Source: Eledone cirrhosa
Taxonomy: Eukaryota
Length of the DNA: 64,000 nt
Direction: 5' to 3'
Assembly: GCA_964016885.1 (NCBI GenBank)
Contig: OZ024744.1
Span: 73,098,001 to 73,162,000 of the forward strand
A program made the position numbers and the translations under genes. Position 1 is the stretch's first letter, and each line of letters opens with the position of its first letter. Below are positions 40,491 through 55,214 of this stretch, piece by piece. The notes beneath the pieces were generated by a model, which did no database searches, had not been told where the DNA came from, and saw only the letters and a program-made list of their open reading frames with translations.

Positions 40491-41005
40491 ATATATATAT
40501 ATGTATATATATATACACCCCCGTCCCACCACCTCCACCCCATCCACACCGCCTCTTTCAATATAAAGTTATGTTGGTCCCACAACATCCAGGCCGAAAC
40601 AAATGAGATCGTGTAGGTGTCACGACAAAAAACACACAGTCCACGCTGTAAATGTGGCCGTGTAGGCAACACGGTAAAAACCTCCCAGCCCCACACTGTA
40701 AATGTGGTTGGTGTTAGGAAGGGCATCCAGCTGTAGAAAACCCGCCAGACAGTCCACGCTGTAATGTGGCCTTGTAGGCAACACGGTAAAAACCTCCCAG
40801 CCCCACACTGTAAATGTGGTTGGTGTTAGGAAGGGCATCCAACTGTAGAAAACCCGCCAGACAGTCCTATGCGAGCAAGACAACCACTCTTGCCTCAAGT
40901 GGGAAAACCCCCGTCCAAACCCATGCAAGCGTGGAACACGGACGCTAAACCTGATGATGATGATGATGATATGTATATATGTATATATATATATATGTAT
41001 ATATG

Positions 41006-41134
<129 letters not shown>

Positions 41135-41214
41135 GTATATATATATGTATATATATATATATGTATATGTATATATGTGTATATATTGGAGCGTGTTGGA
41201 GTTAAACACCCTCA

Positions 41215-41251
<37 letters not shown>

Positions 41252-41317
41252 ACATATGTGTATATATATGTATATATATATATATATATATGTATACATA
41301 TATATATATATATATGT

Positions 41318-41355
<38 letters not shown>

Positions 41356-41637
41356 GTATATATGTATATATATATATGTATATATATATAAAAAATCACC
41401 CAGCCCACACTGTAAAGTGGACGTGTAGGCGCCACGAAAAAGCACCCAGCACTCACTGTAAATGAGGTTGGTGTTAGGAAGGGCATCCAGCTGTAGAAAT
41501 CAAGCCAGATCAGTTCCTGTATGAGCAAGGCATGGTCAGCCGACCAGACACTGCCCACAACAGGACAACCCGTCTAACCCATGCTAGCGTGGAAGAACGG
41601 ACGTAAAACGGTGATGATGATGATGATGATGATGATA

Positions 41638-41712
<75 letters not shown>

Positions 41713-41965
41713 GTATATGTATATATATATATATGTATATATGTATATGTATATATGTATATGTATATATATATGTATATGTATATATATATGTATATAT
41801 ATATGTATATGTATATATATATGTATATGTATATATATATGTATATGTATATGTATATATATATGTATATGTATATATATATGTATATGTATATATATAT
41901 GTATATATATATATATATATATATGTATATGTATATATATATGTATATGTATATATCTATCTATC

Positions 41966-42520
41966 TAAGGCGGGTAAAATTCCCGAGATCCATGGACGAG
42001 TTCTCTCCAGCGGTCTCTGTCCCTCATTATCGCTGCCATATCCTGCATCTCCAACAGACCAGTGTCTGTCCTTAGGGCATCAACATATGTTAACCTTGGT
42101 CTTCCTCTTCTAGTGTGTCCATGTAGGGGCTCCCAAAGGAGCACTGAGTGCAATGTCAACTCTGGATGTCGGTGAGCATGTCCAGCCAACCTCAGTCTCC
42201 TCTGTGTCACTTTTGAGCTGACTTTTGGGATGCTCCCATACAGCTCTGAGTTTTTCATCCTCAGTGTATACTGATTAATGTTCAGAGCCATCCTCAGCAT
42301 TCTCGTGTAGCACCCATCCACCATCTGAGTGAGTCTCTTGGTCAGTGTCCAAGTCTCAGACCCATAGAGCAGCACAGACTCCACTACAGCAATGAAGAGG
42401 CGGATCTTCAGGTCTCTACGAAGGTCCGACTTCCACACCGATCTCAAGCTGTGACACGCCGCCCAGGCCTTGCTCTTCCTCCCAACCACATCATCTTCCG
42501 TATTCCCAATCTTTGCTCCC
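41966..42520 (-). mobile_element. LINE 3' fragment (RTE/RTE-X-like, third family)
   Basis: [23 protein letters not shown]...DGCYTRMLR...[12 protein letters not shown]...GRPRLTYVD; nucleotide match to 56535-56750(+). Confidence 0.9.
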
Positions 42521-42542
42521 AAATATATATATATATGTATAT

Positions 42543-42612
<70 letters not shown>

Positions 42613-43425
42613 GTATATGTATATATATGTATATGTATATGTATATATATATATATGTATATGTATATATGTAGATGTATATGTATATATATATATGTAT
42701 ATGTATATGTAATACAGAGTCCCCGACCTCCCATGGGTACAAGCTGAAGCATATAGACAATATGCCCCCACACTCCCCACCACAAGGTGGTCGTGGAGGT
42801 GCCACGGCAAAAAAGCACCCAGCCCACACTGTAAAGTGGACGTGTAGGCGCCACGAAAAAGCACCCAGCACTCACTGTAAATGGGGTTGGTGTTAGGAAG
42901 GGCATCCAGCTGTAGAAATCAAGCCAAATCAGTTCCTGTATGAGCAAGGCATGGTCAGCCGACCAGACACTGCCCACAACAGGACAACCCGTCTAACCCA
43001 TGCTAGCGTGGAAGAATGGACGTAAAACGGTGATGATGATGATGATATATATATGCACATGTATATATATATATATATATGTATATGGAGGCACATGGCT
43101 TAGTGGTTAGAGCATTGGCCTTGCAATCGAAAGGTTGTGAGTTCAATTCTCAGACCGGGTGATGTGTTGTTTCCTTGAGCAAGACACTTTATTTCACATT
43201 GCTCCAGTTTACTCAGCTGTAGAAATGAGATGATAGGGACTGGGGTCCCTATCATTCCACTGCAAAGTGGTCGTGGAGGTGCCACGGCAAAAAAGCACCC
43301 AGCACTCACTGTAAATGAGGTTGGTGTTAGGAAGGGCATCCAGCTGTAGAAATCAAGCCAGAATCAGTTCCCGTCCCACCCTTGCAAGCAGGGAAAAGTG
43401 GACGTAAAATGAAATGAAAATGAAA

Positions 43426-43464
<39 letters not shown>

Positions 43465-43789
43465 TATAATTGTATATATATATATATATATTATATATAT
43501 ATATATACATATGTATATATATATAAGAAAAACTATGACCCCGACGGCAGAGCTCAAGCCGTTTCGATGGCTATTTCTGGACAAAGAGTCCAGAAATAGC
43601 CGTCGAAACGGCTTGAGCTCTGCTGTCGGGGTCATAGTTTTTCCTATTACCCACTCTACTACCCTAAATATTGAGTACTCTGGTGCGTTATGGTCCATCT
43701 GGTTCCTTACCACAATTATTTTGTTATATATATATATAATTGTCTATATATATATATATATATATATATAATTGTCTATATATATAAAC

Positions 43790-43858
<69 letters not shown>

Positions 43859-43989
43859 ATTCAGATATAAATTACAAATGATAAGCCACGAGACAGGTAA
43901 AAGAAAAACAGAATTCATAAATAAAATACAGAACAAAATATGAGAAAGAAAACAATTAGAAAAAAAGAAATTGATTAATAGTTAGGCAT

Positions 43990-45510
43990 TAAATCCCAGT
44001 GCCAGGTCAGTGTGTGTGTGTGTATACATGTATGCATCTGTGTGTGAATATGTACGTATGTATATGTATGTACGTGTGTATGTATGTATGTGTGTGTGTG
44101 TATGTATGTATGTATGTCTGTGTATATGTATGTATGTATGTCTGTGTGTGTATATGTATGTATGATGTATGTGTGTGTGTATATGTATGTATGCATGTAT
44201 TTCTGTATGTGTGTATGTGTGTGTGTATGTATGTATATGTGTATCTGTGTGTATGTATGCATGTGTATGTATGTATATGTGCATATGTCTGTGTATTGAT
44301 GTATGTGCATATTTTTGTTATGAATATATGTATGTATGTATATATATCATGATGTATGTGTGTATGTATGTCTGTGGTCTGTGTGTGTATATGTATGTAT
44401 GTGTGTGTATATGTATGTATGTATGATGTATGTGTGTGTGTATATGTATGTATGTATGTGTGTATGTATTTCTGTATGTGTGTATGTGCATATGTGTGTG
44501 TGTGTATGTATGTATATATGTATCTGTGTATGTATGCGTGTGTATGTATGTATATGTGCATATGTCTGTGTGTATTGATGTATGTGCATATTTTTGCTAT
44601 GAATATATGTATGTATATATATCATGATGTATGTGTGTATGTATGGGTGTGTGTGTTTGCATGTATGTCTGAATCTCTGTGTGAATATGTATGTGTGTGT
44701 CATCATGTGTGTATGTATGTGTGTGTGTATGTTTGTATATGTGGGTGTATGGGTAGGTGTGTGTGTATCAGTCTATATGTATGTTTATATGTCTATCTAT
44801 GTGTGTGTGTGTATGTATGTATGCGTGTATGTCATTATCTTTGCATATATATATATGTGTGTGTGTCTATGTATATATGTATGTTATGATGTATGAATGT
44901 ATATGTGTGTGTGTGTATGTATGTATGCATGGATGTGTGTGTTTGTGTATTAATGTATGTATTAGTATGTATGTCTGTATCTATGTGTTTGAATATGTAT
45001 GTCTGTGTATTCATGTATGAATGTATGTCATAATGTATGTATATGCATGTATATATATATCTCTGTGTCTGGGTGTGTGTCTCAATAAATGTGTATGAAT
45101 GTATGACTATCTATGTGTGTGAATATGTATATGCATATGTTTGTGTGTATATATATATATATATATGTAAGTATGTATATATGTGTGTGGGGGGGTATCA
45201 ATGTAAGTGTTTGCATGTATATCTACCTCTGTGTGAATATGTATGTGCATATGTATGTTTGTATGTATATGTGTGTGTTTGTATGTGTGTGTATCAGTGT
45301 ATGTGTTTGTATGTATGTCTCTCTATGTGTGTTAATATGTATGTGTATATGTCAATGTGAGTGTGTGAATGTATGTGTATGGGTGTGTGTATCAATGTAT
45401 ATGTTTATACGTATGAATATGTATTCGCATATGTCTGTTTGTGTATGTATATATGTGTGTGTGTATGTATGTATATATGTCTGTATGTATGTATATGTAT
45501 GTGTGCGCGT
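43990..45510. repeat. TG/TA-rich low-complexity block; further (TA)n-type blocks at 14995-15575, 40050-40515, 40970-41390 and 41635-41960
   Basis: Compound dinucleotide and tetranucleotide microsatellites. Confidence 0.95.
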
Positions 45511-46059
45511 GTCCATCCCCTCCTCTTAGCAATATAGCTAAAGAATGTGACCTAATAAAAAAAAATGTATTCAAAAGATCTTCCTGAAACGAGATATTCA
45601 TGGTACTAACTAGTAAATCAATTCATATAAATTCTTTTCTGCAATTTGATATGTCTATTTTTTTTATTTTTTGTTTATTTCTTTGTGTTGTTCTTTCTCA
45701 TTTTCTTTCTTTTCTTTTTATTTATTTTTTATTTTTCATGAGAGAGAATGGGGTGGAAAAGAGAAGGGAGAAAGAGAAAAACATAAAAACCACAAATGCT
45801 ATAATATAATATAATATAATATAATATATTATATTATAATGGTTTCTGGTTTAGGCACAAGGCCAACAATTTTGGGAAAGGGGAGAGTCAATTAAATCGA
45901 CCTCAGTGTGTTACTGGTACTTTATTTTATCAACCTTGTAAAGATGAAAGGCAAAGCTAACCATGGCAAGATTTGAACTCAGAACTTAAAGCAGCATAAC
46001 TATATGCTGCAAACCATGCTTTACCGGTACTGACAATCAACCGCCCTTAAAATATGATG

Positions 46060-47290
46060 GTAGGAAAAGCAGCTAGACCATCTGGTATAGTTGGTAAGAT
46101 GCTGAGAGCATCTTACCAACTATACCAGATATGAGCTAGTAAGATGCATAGTTAACCAAGTAGTACAGAATGGTGTCATACCCAATGACTCGTGCAGCAG
46201 TATCATTGTAAATTGCTACAAGTGCAAAGGAGATGCGCTAGAGAGAAGTAACGACAGAGGCATCAAATTGATGGACCAGGTCATGAAAGTTGCTGAAAGC
46301 ATTATAGCACAACTAATTAGGTATGAAATCAAGTTAGATGAAATGCAGTTTGGATTTATGCCAGGTAGAGGTATCAATGCCCTCTTTCTGGCGAGACAAA
46401 TGCAGAAGAAGTACTTAGCTAATAGTAAGCTACTGTATTTAGCATTTGGAGATCTGGAAAGGGCTTTTGACTGTGTTCCACACTCTATAATCTGGTGGGC
46501 ACTTAGGGAGCTAGATGTAGACAAAAGGCTTGTGAGAGCCATGCAAGCCATGTATAAAAAAGGAGCAACCAGCAGAGTAAAAGTTGGCAATGAGGATAGT
46601 GATGTATTTGAAGTGAAGGTTGGAGTCCAGCAGGGATCAATTCTCAGTCCACTCTTGTTTGTCATTGTTGTTCAAGCCCTCACAGGAGTTTAAAACAGGC
46701 ATTCCATCGAAGCTCCAGTATGCTGATACCCCAGTCCTCACTGCTAAATTCATAGGAGAGATAGAGGCAAAATTTCAACCATTAAAGAAGTTGAAAGACT
46801 TAAAAGCAAACTTGGCAAAGACAAAAGTCCTAATAAGTAGGAAAGGAGGTTGATGCCATCAGAGAAGTGGCCCTGTTCGATGTGTCAGAAAGGTGTGGGC
46901 AGGAATTCAATAAGGTGTACACAATGTAATTTATGAACACACAAGAGATGTAGTGTGTTAGCAGGCAGGCTAACGGAAAAGATAAACTTTGTATGCAACA
47001 GATGGAAATTAACACTAAGAGAACTCGTGAAATAGATTCCTCCAGTTGTCAGGAAGGCTCCTTAAAGGTAGTTGGCAGATTTTGTTACTTGGGTGACCTA
47101 ATCAGCAGTGGAGGAGGATGTGCTTAAAGTGTGATAGGCAGAATAAGATCAGGCTGGAAGAAGTTTAGAGAGCTGTTACCACTGCTGACAACAAAGTGAA
47201 GGGTGGATTATATGATGCATATGTGTGAACTGCAATGCTACATGACAATGAAACATGGGCTTTGACCTTAGAAGACCTGTGGAGCTATGA
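46060..47290 (+). mobile_element. degenerate RTE RT fragment
   Basis: MDQVMKV...QFGFMPGRG...DLERAFD...QQGSILSPLLF, with frameshifts. Confidence 0.9.
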
Positions 47291-49159
47291 TTTCACACAA
47301 CATGTATACATACACATATGGTTACACTGTATATGCAAAAATCTTACTCTATGGTCACGCTAAACCACCTACACTGCTCCCCTCTCCTCTTCTTCCCCTA
47401 CACATTTAGATGCATGCACACACATGTGCACGTATACACGTATGCATATACACACCCTCAAGCATCACATACCATTGACATACAAAAATCATTAGTCCCT
47501 TGTTTGAGGGTGCCTGTGTGATTGTGTTTCCTGCACATGCAGCTGTGTTTGCATGGCACCCATTGCTGAGGCTGTGGCATGATTAGTGTTAAATGGTTCC
47601 CAACACTTACTCCAATCCCCACCACTTCCTAGCTCTATCCCCTTCTCTGCATGCTATGGCTCCAAACTTCGTAATCCAGCCATTAGAGAGAGAGAGAACA
47701 AAGAAGGAATGTAGTCAGTCCCAGGCCATGATGCTTGTCCAAATTAGAAAGCTAATAAAATCAAAGCTATAATAAAGTAAATAAACATCAGATGCCTCAA
47801 CAATCATTAAGACAAAGCATGAGCTTATTTGAAATTTATAGGAATAATTTGAAATCCCAAACACAAAGAATAGCTGTGTAAACTGCCAAATGCCGTCAAT
47901 GACAACAGCATGTAATGCAGGTAAAAATATCTCTAAGGACAGAAATTAGTGGCCTGTGGTGGGTAAAGAAAAAGTAAAGTTGTGAGGTGGGTGACAGGTA
48001 AAAGTAGATGAAATGTATAAATGATTGAGAGAGGAGTGTGTTGGCACATAGGAGTGATAAGTAAAGAAAAAACAAAGAAAGAAAGGGAGAGAAGTGGCGT
48101 TTAAGGTTACAATAAGAGTTGAGATTAAAGTTATAAACTTTACAAGACAATACAAAAACCACAGATGAAGCTGACCTCATCAGCTCTGAATCTGGCTTGC
48201 AGTTTCGCACATACTGAGGGGACTGCAATTTTTTTTATGTCAACTTATGCAACAGAAAATGTATAGGTGTTTTTTTTTCCTTCTCTCCGTCCCTCCCACT
48301 CTTTTGCTTGTCCCTTCTCACACTTGCTGCTTCTGCTATCATTGCCATTTGCTGAAAATTCCACCCCAGGGCTATGCGTTTTCCTTTAACTGATGACACA
48401 TTACTGGCCAGGCACACTTTCTCTTGCTCTCTGATTCATCTGTCTATTTGTTTGTTCTGTTGGTGTGATGTCATCACACACACACACCAATTTATTATAG
48501 TTCTTGATCATATCATACAAAAGAGTACAGAATAATGAAATTATCGCATGATCCACATGATAGGTACAATGTGTCCGAACACGGAAGAGCCAAACTCCCA
48601 CTGTCATCACCTTCATCTCTGTCACCATTCCCATCTCTGTGTATTGTGAGCAAATAGGGTCCCACATACTGGTCTCCCCACAGCCCCGGCGAACAGAATG
48701 GAGAAGGCGTTTCCACGGAGGGTGGTAAGGAAGATGCGCTGGAAGAGCCATTCCATCTCGCGAGGCTCACACCTGCAGCTGGCCAGCTTTGGACTTTTCT
48801 TTTTTTTTTATTTATTGTAAACTGCTCAACAAGTGAAAATTCTTGGTTATTCATGCAGTATATGGTCAAACATTATAGTTATGGTCTATGGTTCCGTTTG
48901 TGTTTGATAAATATCAGCATTTTTTTCCAAAGCTGTTTTCAAACACTGAAGTTCTTGGTTGTAAACCTTAGTTGTGATTGTTTGATTTTTGTTTAACAAT
49001 TCATAAACTCATCATCCTCATCATCACCATTTTACATCCATGCTTCCACACTAGCATGGGTTACACGAGTTGTCCTATTGTGGGCAGTGCCATGTCAGGT
49101 CACCATGTCTTGCTCATACACAACTGATTCTGGCTTGATTTCTACAGCTGGATGCTCTT

Positions 49160-49485
49160 CCTAACACCAACCTCATTTACAGTGAGTATTGGGTGCTTTT
49201 TTACCATGGCACCTACACGACCACTCTACAGTGTGGACTGGGTGATTATTTGTCGTGACACCTCCACGACCATTCTACAGTGTGAACTGGGTGATTATTT
49301 GTCGTGACACCTCCACGACCATTCTACAGTGTGAACTGGGTGATCTTTTGTCATGACACCTCCATGACCACTTTACAGTGGGAGGTGGGTGATCTTTTGT
49401 CATGATACCTCCACGACCACTTTACAGTGGGAGGTGGGTGATCTTTTGTCATGACACCTCCACGACCACTTTACAGTGGGAGGTG
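49160..49485. repeat. ~49-bp tandem repeat expanded inside an RTE 3' UTR copy
   Basis: About 6-7 copies of GACACCTCCACGACCA(C/T)T(C/T)TACAGTG...GGGTGAT...TTGTC. Confidence 0.85.
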
Positions 49486-51186
49486 GGGTACGGGGCATAC
49501 TATCTATATGCTTAAGCTTGTACCTGTGGGAACTATTCCTCACATATCCTACCACACACTTAACCCTTTAGCATTTAAACCGGCCGTATCCAGCCAGAAT
49601 TCTCTCACCGCTTTCTATTCAAACCGATCCTAACTGGCTGCTCATATTTATGTTAATTGATCTGAAAATATGTAATATCAAAATCTCATAGATTCAATAT
49701 TATGTTATATAAAGTGTATACTGTGAAAATACAATAGCATATATAGAGTAATGTAAATGCTAAAGGGTTAACAGTATCTTCCCTGGGTGTAAGTCTCCTC
49801 TTGGCAGCTGAGCAGGTCTATCACTAGAACTATATCCCTGATGGTGGCATTTAAAGGATCCATTTCTCATGCCCCCCAGCTAGGCACCTGGAGTTGTTGT
49901 ATATGTAATACTTCTCAGTTCAGCAATGGACATGTTGTTGGTTATTCTCTACACACAGTTTATGTGGGACCTAATTTCCAATATTTAAAACTTTTCTGAG
50001 TTTTTCAGCTGCTTGCAGGTCTTCTGGATCAAGTCCATTCTAGATTACTCTCCCTCTTGTGTCATCCTTTACAGAGAGAGATGAGAGAAATGGAGAGAGA
50101 GACACATGTATATAAGGAACAGCTTCATTTTTAGATATGCGTTATAACAGACATAAAGGGTGGTGGATTGGCAGTATCGGTAGATCATCAGACAACATGC
50201 TTTGCGGCATAGAGTTACGGCCCTTTATGTTTTGAGTTCAAATCATGCTAAGGTTAGCTTTGCCATTCATCCTTACAGGGTCGATAAAATAAAGGACCAG
50301 TAACACACTAGGATCGATATGATTGACTCCCCCCCCTCAAAAAATTTGTTTAATAAAATAAAATTCTTGGTCTTGTGTCTAAATCAGAAACCATTATTAT
50401 AAATGTTCAAATTTTATTTATTTATGAGTCACTTGCAGCTAATTCAGAATAAAAAAAACTGCAAGAAAGCTTACACAAATTCTGGTTAGTGAAGTTTTCA
50501 TAAATTACATTTATTGCTTAGAATAAAAGAGACAATGCAAAAGGAAACACTTCACATTCTGATGATGAGACTGAAAATCTAGAAAATTTCTTTTAATGGT
50601 TTAGGAACTTTTTTTCTTCCAAATGAGCTGCAAAAGACTCATAAGGAAATACAAAAAAAAAAGAAAAATTATGAAAAATGTTTAAACTTAAACATAGTCA
50701 TTTCTTTTTCCAACTCCTGATACACTTTTCTTGTCCAACTCATGTATGCATGAATGGAAAGCCAGACATGCTCCACCCCTGCTCTCCTGCTGTGATGGTT
50801 TCATGACACAAAGCATCCAGTCCACCCATTACGATGATAGTTCTGGTGCCACAGCAACAGAAAAGTACCCATTTCACCCTGTATGGTCAAAGTGCAGCGA
50901 CCATGACAAAAAATCACTAAATACATACTGTATTTTAGTTGGCATTAGAAAGGGAAGCCAGCCATATAAAATCAAACCCAAAACAGATCTGTAGGAGCAA
51001 TATGTGGTCACCTGACCTGGTTAGCCTCATAACATGGCAACCTGTCTAACCCATGCTAGCACAGAAAATAGATGTTAAACTGTGATGTTGATGTTCTCTC
51101 TCTCTTTCTCTCCCTCACACACACATATATATGTATATATATTCACATATATTTATAATTAAATTTCTTTCATTTTTACTCTACAG

Positions 51187-51344
51187 AGGAATTTCAACGA
51201 GCTGTAAAAATCTGTACTGGTTTCACTCTTGGTCCTCATGTAGTAAATACAGTGTTTCAGATATTTGATGCCGATGGAGATGGTCATTTGAGCCATAAGG
51301 AATTTATCTCTATTATGAAAGACAGAATTCACAGGGGAGCTCGT
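51187..51344 (+). CDS. MICU3: MICU3-like coding exon with canonical Ca2+-binding EF-hand
   Basis: ctacag|AG...CGT|gtaagt; 158 nt; phase 1 start fits. Translates EEFQRAVKICTGFTLGPHVVNTVFQIFDADGDGHLSHKEFISIMKDRIHRGAR; loop DADGDGHLSHKE has D1, D3, D5 and E12. Confidence 0.96.
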
Positions 51345-51445
51345 GTAAGTTTTCTATGCGTATGTGTATTGTAAATGTTTTGTGAAATGCATTATATAGT
51401 GTTTCTTTCTGTCTGTCTATGTGTATTTATTGTTATGTCTTAAAT

Positions 51446-51488
<43 letters not shown>

Positions 51489-51845
51489 TTAATTTTAATC
51501 TTCTCCTTATCAAGAGGCATGCATGCGTAAGGACAATGAACTTTTATATTTGAACTTAAATAATTAACTTGTTTTGAAGCCAAACTATCTTGGTGTTCAT
51601 AAAGACATATGTAAACATCATACCTCACATTCTTTATTATTGTTTGCTGATTGAACCAGTAAATTCCTTATTTCAACTGTGACAAAACTCATTCATGACT
51701 ATTCAGCAGAAATGGACTATTCCATAAACAATTTCATTTATATGCTAATTACAATACTTTAAAAGAAAGTGTAGAAACAGTCATCTTATTCAGCAATAAT
51801 GGACTATTCCATAGACTTCTTCTCTTCTTCTTCTTTTTCACCCAC

Positions 51846-52310
51846 TTATTCCTGAGAGGGTTGTGGGGGCTGAATCATCAAACACTCCTTCCAGCGAGTC
51901 CTATCAGAAGCAACCATTTCCAAGTGGATACCCAAGCATGACCAGCTAAGCTCATGGATGTTATCCAACCATCTTGCTCGGGGTCTTCCCCTGGGTCTCC
52001 TGCCAGTTGGTTTAGCCCATATAATCTGTCCAGTGATTCTTTCCTGAAACATTCTAACCTCATGACCATAGTATCGGAGCTGTGATCTCTCAATTTGGAG
52101 AAGTAACAGCTCTACCTTGAGTAACTCTGGTCTCGAGCTACTCACTCTATCAAGTAACATTACTCCAAAGACCCTTCAGAGGAATCCCATTTTGACTACT
52201 TGTATTTGCAATCGTATTCTTTCAGTCATTATCCAAGATTCCTGACCATAGGTAAGGGTTGGCACGAATACCAAATTGAAGAAAGCGAGTTTGGCTTTTG
52301 TGCCTACCTC
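51846..52310 (-). mobile_element. RTE-type LINE 3' fragment
   Basis: IERSQLRYYGHEVRM...PTGRRPRGRPRARWLDNI...DRTRWK. Confidence 0.85.
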
Positions 52311-53050
52311 CCTTCATTTATATGCTAATTACAATATTTAAAAAAAAAAGTGTAGAGACAGTCATCTTACAGTTGAGTAGAAAGCTTGTATGTTGCACTC
52401 CAGATTAGAGGTCTCCAACCTTTTCCTTATGATACAAACCCACAAATATTACCAAGAGACTTATAAAGAAATCTTAAATTTCATAATAGAAAGAATATAT
52501 AGATACATGTAGATATATTTTATATTTTCCTTTGTGGAACAGCAACTATGTCATTTCTTAAAAAGATAACATTTAAGTTTTAGAAAATTGTGAAAAATAC
52601 CATGAAGAGCTCTCAAATTTTACTGACAAACACTGTAGGAACCCTTTTCTTTTCACAAACCTCCAAAATATTTTATTGGAAACAATTTTTAGTGTATGAA
52701 ACTAGTATTTTGAGTCTATTATAATAGAAAGCCCTATTATTGGTTATGCTAACGACAAGGCATTAATTGACTTTCTTCAACACACATCATATCTTCTGTT
52801 TCACTGGGACCATATTTGTGGCAAGAACTTCACATGTTACATTTGCAATGTCTAGTGTTAAATTCAACTCTTTGGGATGTCAGATATTAAGCAATTCACT
52901 TGTGACTAACAGACAGACATTATAAAAGCATGAACACTGTTTTATTGCAACTGAAAGAACTTGATTACAACAATGAGAGCTTAGGATATAGTCTACCATG
53001 CTTCATGGGGTTTTGTTTTGTAATATTTTGTGATATCAATACTGAACACT

Positions 53051-53290
53051 AAGATCAACATTATAGTAAAAGTTATTTCACTGAGCTCCTTCTACTTCTG
53101 CTAATTAACAATAACCTAAGATCAACATTATAGTAAAAGCTATTTCACTGAGCTCCTTCTACCTCTGCTAATTAACAATAACCTCAGATCAACATTATAG
53201 TAAAAGCTATTTCACTGAGCTCCCTCTGCTAATTAACAATAACCCAAGATCAACATTATAGTTAAAGCTATTTCTCTGCTAATTAACAAC
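53051..53290. repeat. 67-bp tandem repeat, 4 copies
   Basis: AAGATCAACATTATAGTAAAAG(T/C)TATTTCACTGAGCTCC...CTAATTAACAATAACC; copies 3 and 4 carry internal deletions. Confidence 0.9.
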
Positions 53291-54274
53291 AAACTACGAA
53301 GGAATTGTGAAGATATTTTTTTTAATAATTATTATCTTATTTGCTGAATTTAATTGTTTTAGCCACAATCATACACCATATTATTAAACATACATTCCTA
53401 GTTTAGATAATTATGGTTAAATATTTTCATTTCACCTTATCTTTTCCTTAGTCTAATTTATCTGTTATTTGAAAAAAATATAAATAAATACAAAATACAA
53501 ACAGCAAATTTACTAAATAATAATATGAGGAAAAAAAAAGAAAAACAACATAGTAATATATGGTGTCTGTGTTGTTATTTGTTTTTGTTATTTTTTATTT
53601 TTGTTTAATACAAATGTTGAAAATGATCCATATATACATTATAATAGTAGTTTAATATTGTAGTTGATGAAATCTGTGGCAATTTGTTTATGTAATATGA
53701 TGTCATTGATTGGCAGTATCGGTAGAGGGTTGGACACCATGCTTTGACGCATAGAGTTACAGCTCTTTCCCTTCTGAGTTCAAATCCCGCCGAGGTTAAC
53801 TTTGCCTGTCATCCTTACGAGGTCGATAAAATAAAGTACCAGTAATGCACTGAGATAATTGATGGCCTTGTGCCAAAAGTAGAAACAATTATTATCATTA
53901 TCATCATGATTTTTAATTTTGGTTGCTGTTGAAATTTGTAGTTGAAACAGAATAATATATTCATTTTTTTTTTTTTAAATAATATTTGTCAGGAGAGGGA
54001 AGGCGCTGTGCCTATGACCTTTGTTACAGGGCCTTCCATGGTTTGGTAGAAAATAATTAAATTTTGAAAAATGGCAGGAAGGGAATGCTAAACAGTTGTA
54101 GTCATGGGGGAAGGAAAGACCGGGTGACGTATTTCCTACCAGGGTAGTGGAGGTATGACAGTGAGGAAAGACAAGTGTCATTTGAGTAAGTTGTGGTGGA
54201 AGTGGGTGTTTGCAGGTAGCTATTTCATAGGAGCAGAATTTATTGTGCAAGTGGCTGAAGTGTGTTATCTAGAG

Positions 54275-54655
54275 CAGCAGTTGCCAACTTTTCGGACTTC
54301 ACGGACCACTAAATTCATAATTTTAAATCCCGTGAACCACTAATATAACTTTTTTTTAAAAAGATAAATACATTTGTAAAATAATGATCAGAGAACTACC
54401 ATTTTACTAAACAATACTGACACGTACCTGTGTCATGTTGTCAATAGATGATACATATGTGTAAAATTCTTTCATGGATGTTAATTCTTTTCTGAAGAGA
54501 AACAGTTTTTAGGGGTGTTATAAAATATATTTTAACTGAATATTATTTTTGTTTTATTATTAATAAAACATAAACATTGTGAATAATGTCCACATTTTTC
54601 TGTGAACTACCAACATTTTCTCTCAAACCACCTGCAGACCACTGACTGGTCCAGA
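54275..54655. mobile_element. hAT-like non-autonomous fragment
   Basis: Left end CAGCAGTTGCCAACTTTTCGGACTTCACGGACCAC with repeated (G/A)ACCAC subterminal motifs; right TIR not clearly seen. Confidence 0.4.
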
Positions 54656-55214
54656 AAATACTTACAAGTCAGTCAAATTACATGATGATCATGTCAAATT
54701 ATCAAAGGTTAAAAAAATATATTTGTTTATTCATTCATAAAGATAACATTGTAAAGTTAGACAAAATTACAGTTTCTGATTTGCCAACCAGCTGGCAAAT
54801 CAGCTACAAACATATCAACACCAACACAACAGCCAGAGATACTACAGGTACCAATGGGAGCCTCTTTTTCACCAGTGCCAGAAAGTCCTTTTTCCAAAAT
54901 GTTACTCACTGTGAGGAAGAAGTAACACAGGCTAGACAGCTGGTTGAAAGAAATTGGCTACTATCCAAAATACAGTACATCACACATTGACATACCATAC
55001 AATCAGATTTAAAGATGAGATGCTTGGGAAGAGCAACTGAGGCTCAAATATTTAAAAAAAACAGCAGGCTCCATCTGGAACCTAAAATCATATATTCAAA
55101 GAAGCAGAGATTTCACCACAGAGGTGGTGAGATTTGCTACAGAAGAAGAGACAAAGTCTGACTCACTAACACCGCTTAACCCTTTAGCATTTATATTGCT
55201 TTATATATACTACT

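Noticed and set aside
49160-49485. Regularly spaced repeats resembling a CRISPR array (also 53051-53290 and 33170-35900)
   Set aside because: Head-to-tail tandem units without unique spacers, no cas genes, eukaryotic context.
50555-50590. CTGATGA...GAAA possible hammerhead (similar cases near 16807 and 21190-21210)
   Set aside because: No pairable stem II or stem III; expected by chance in AT-rich DNA.
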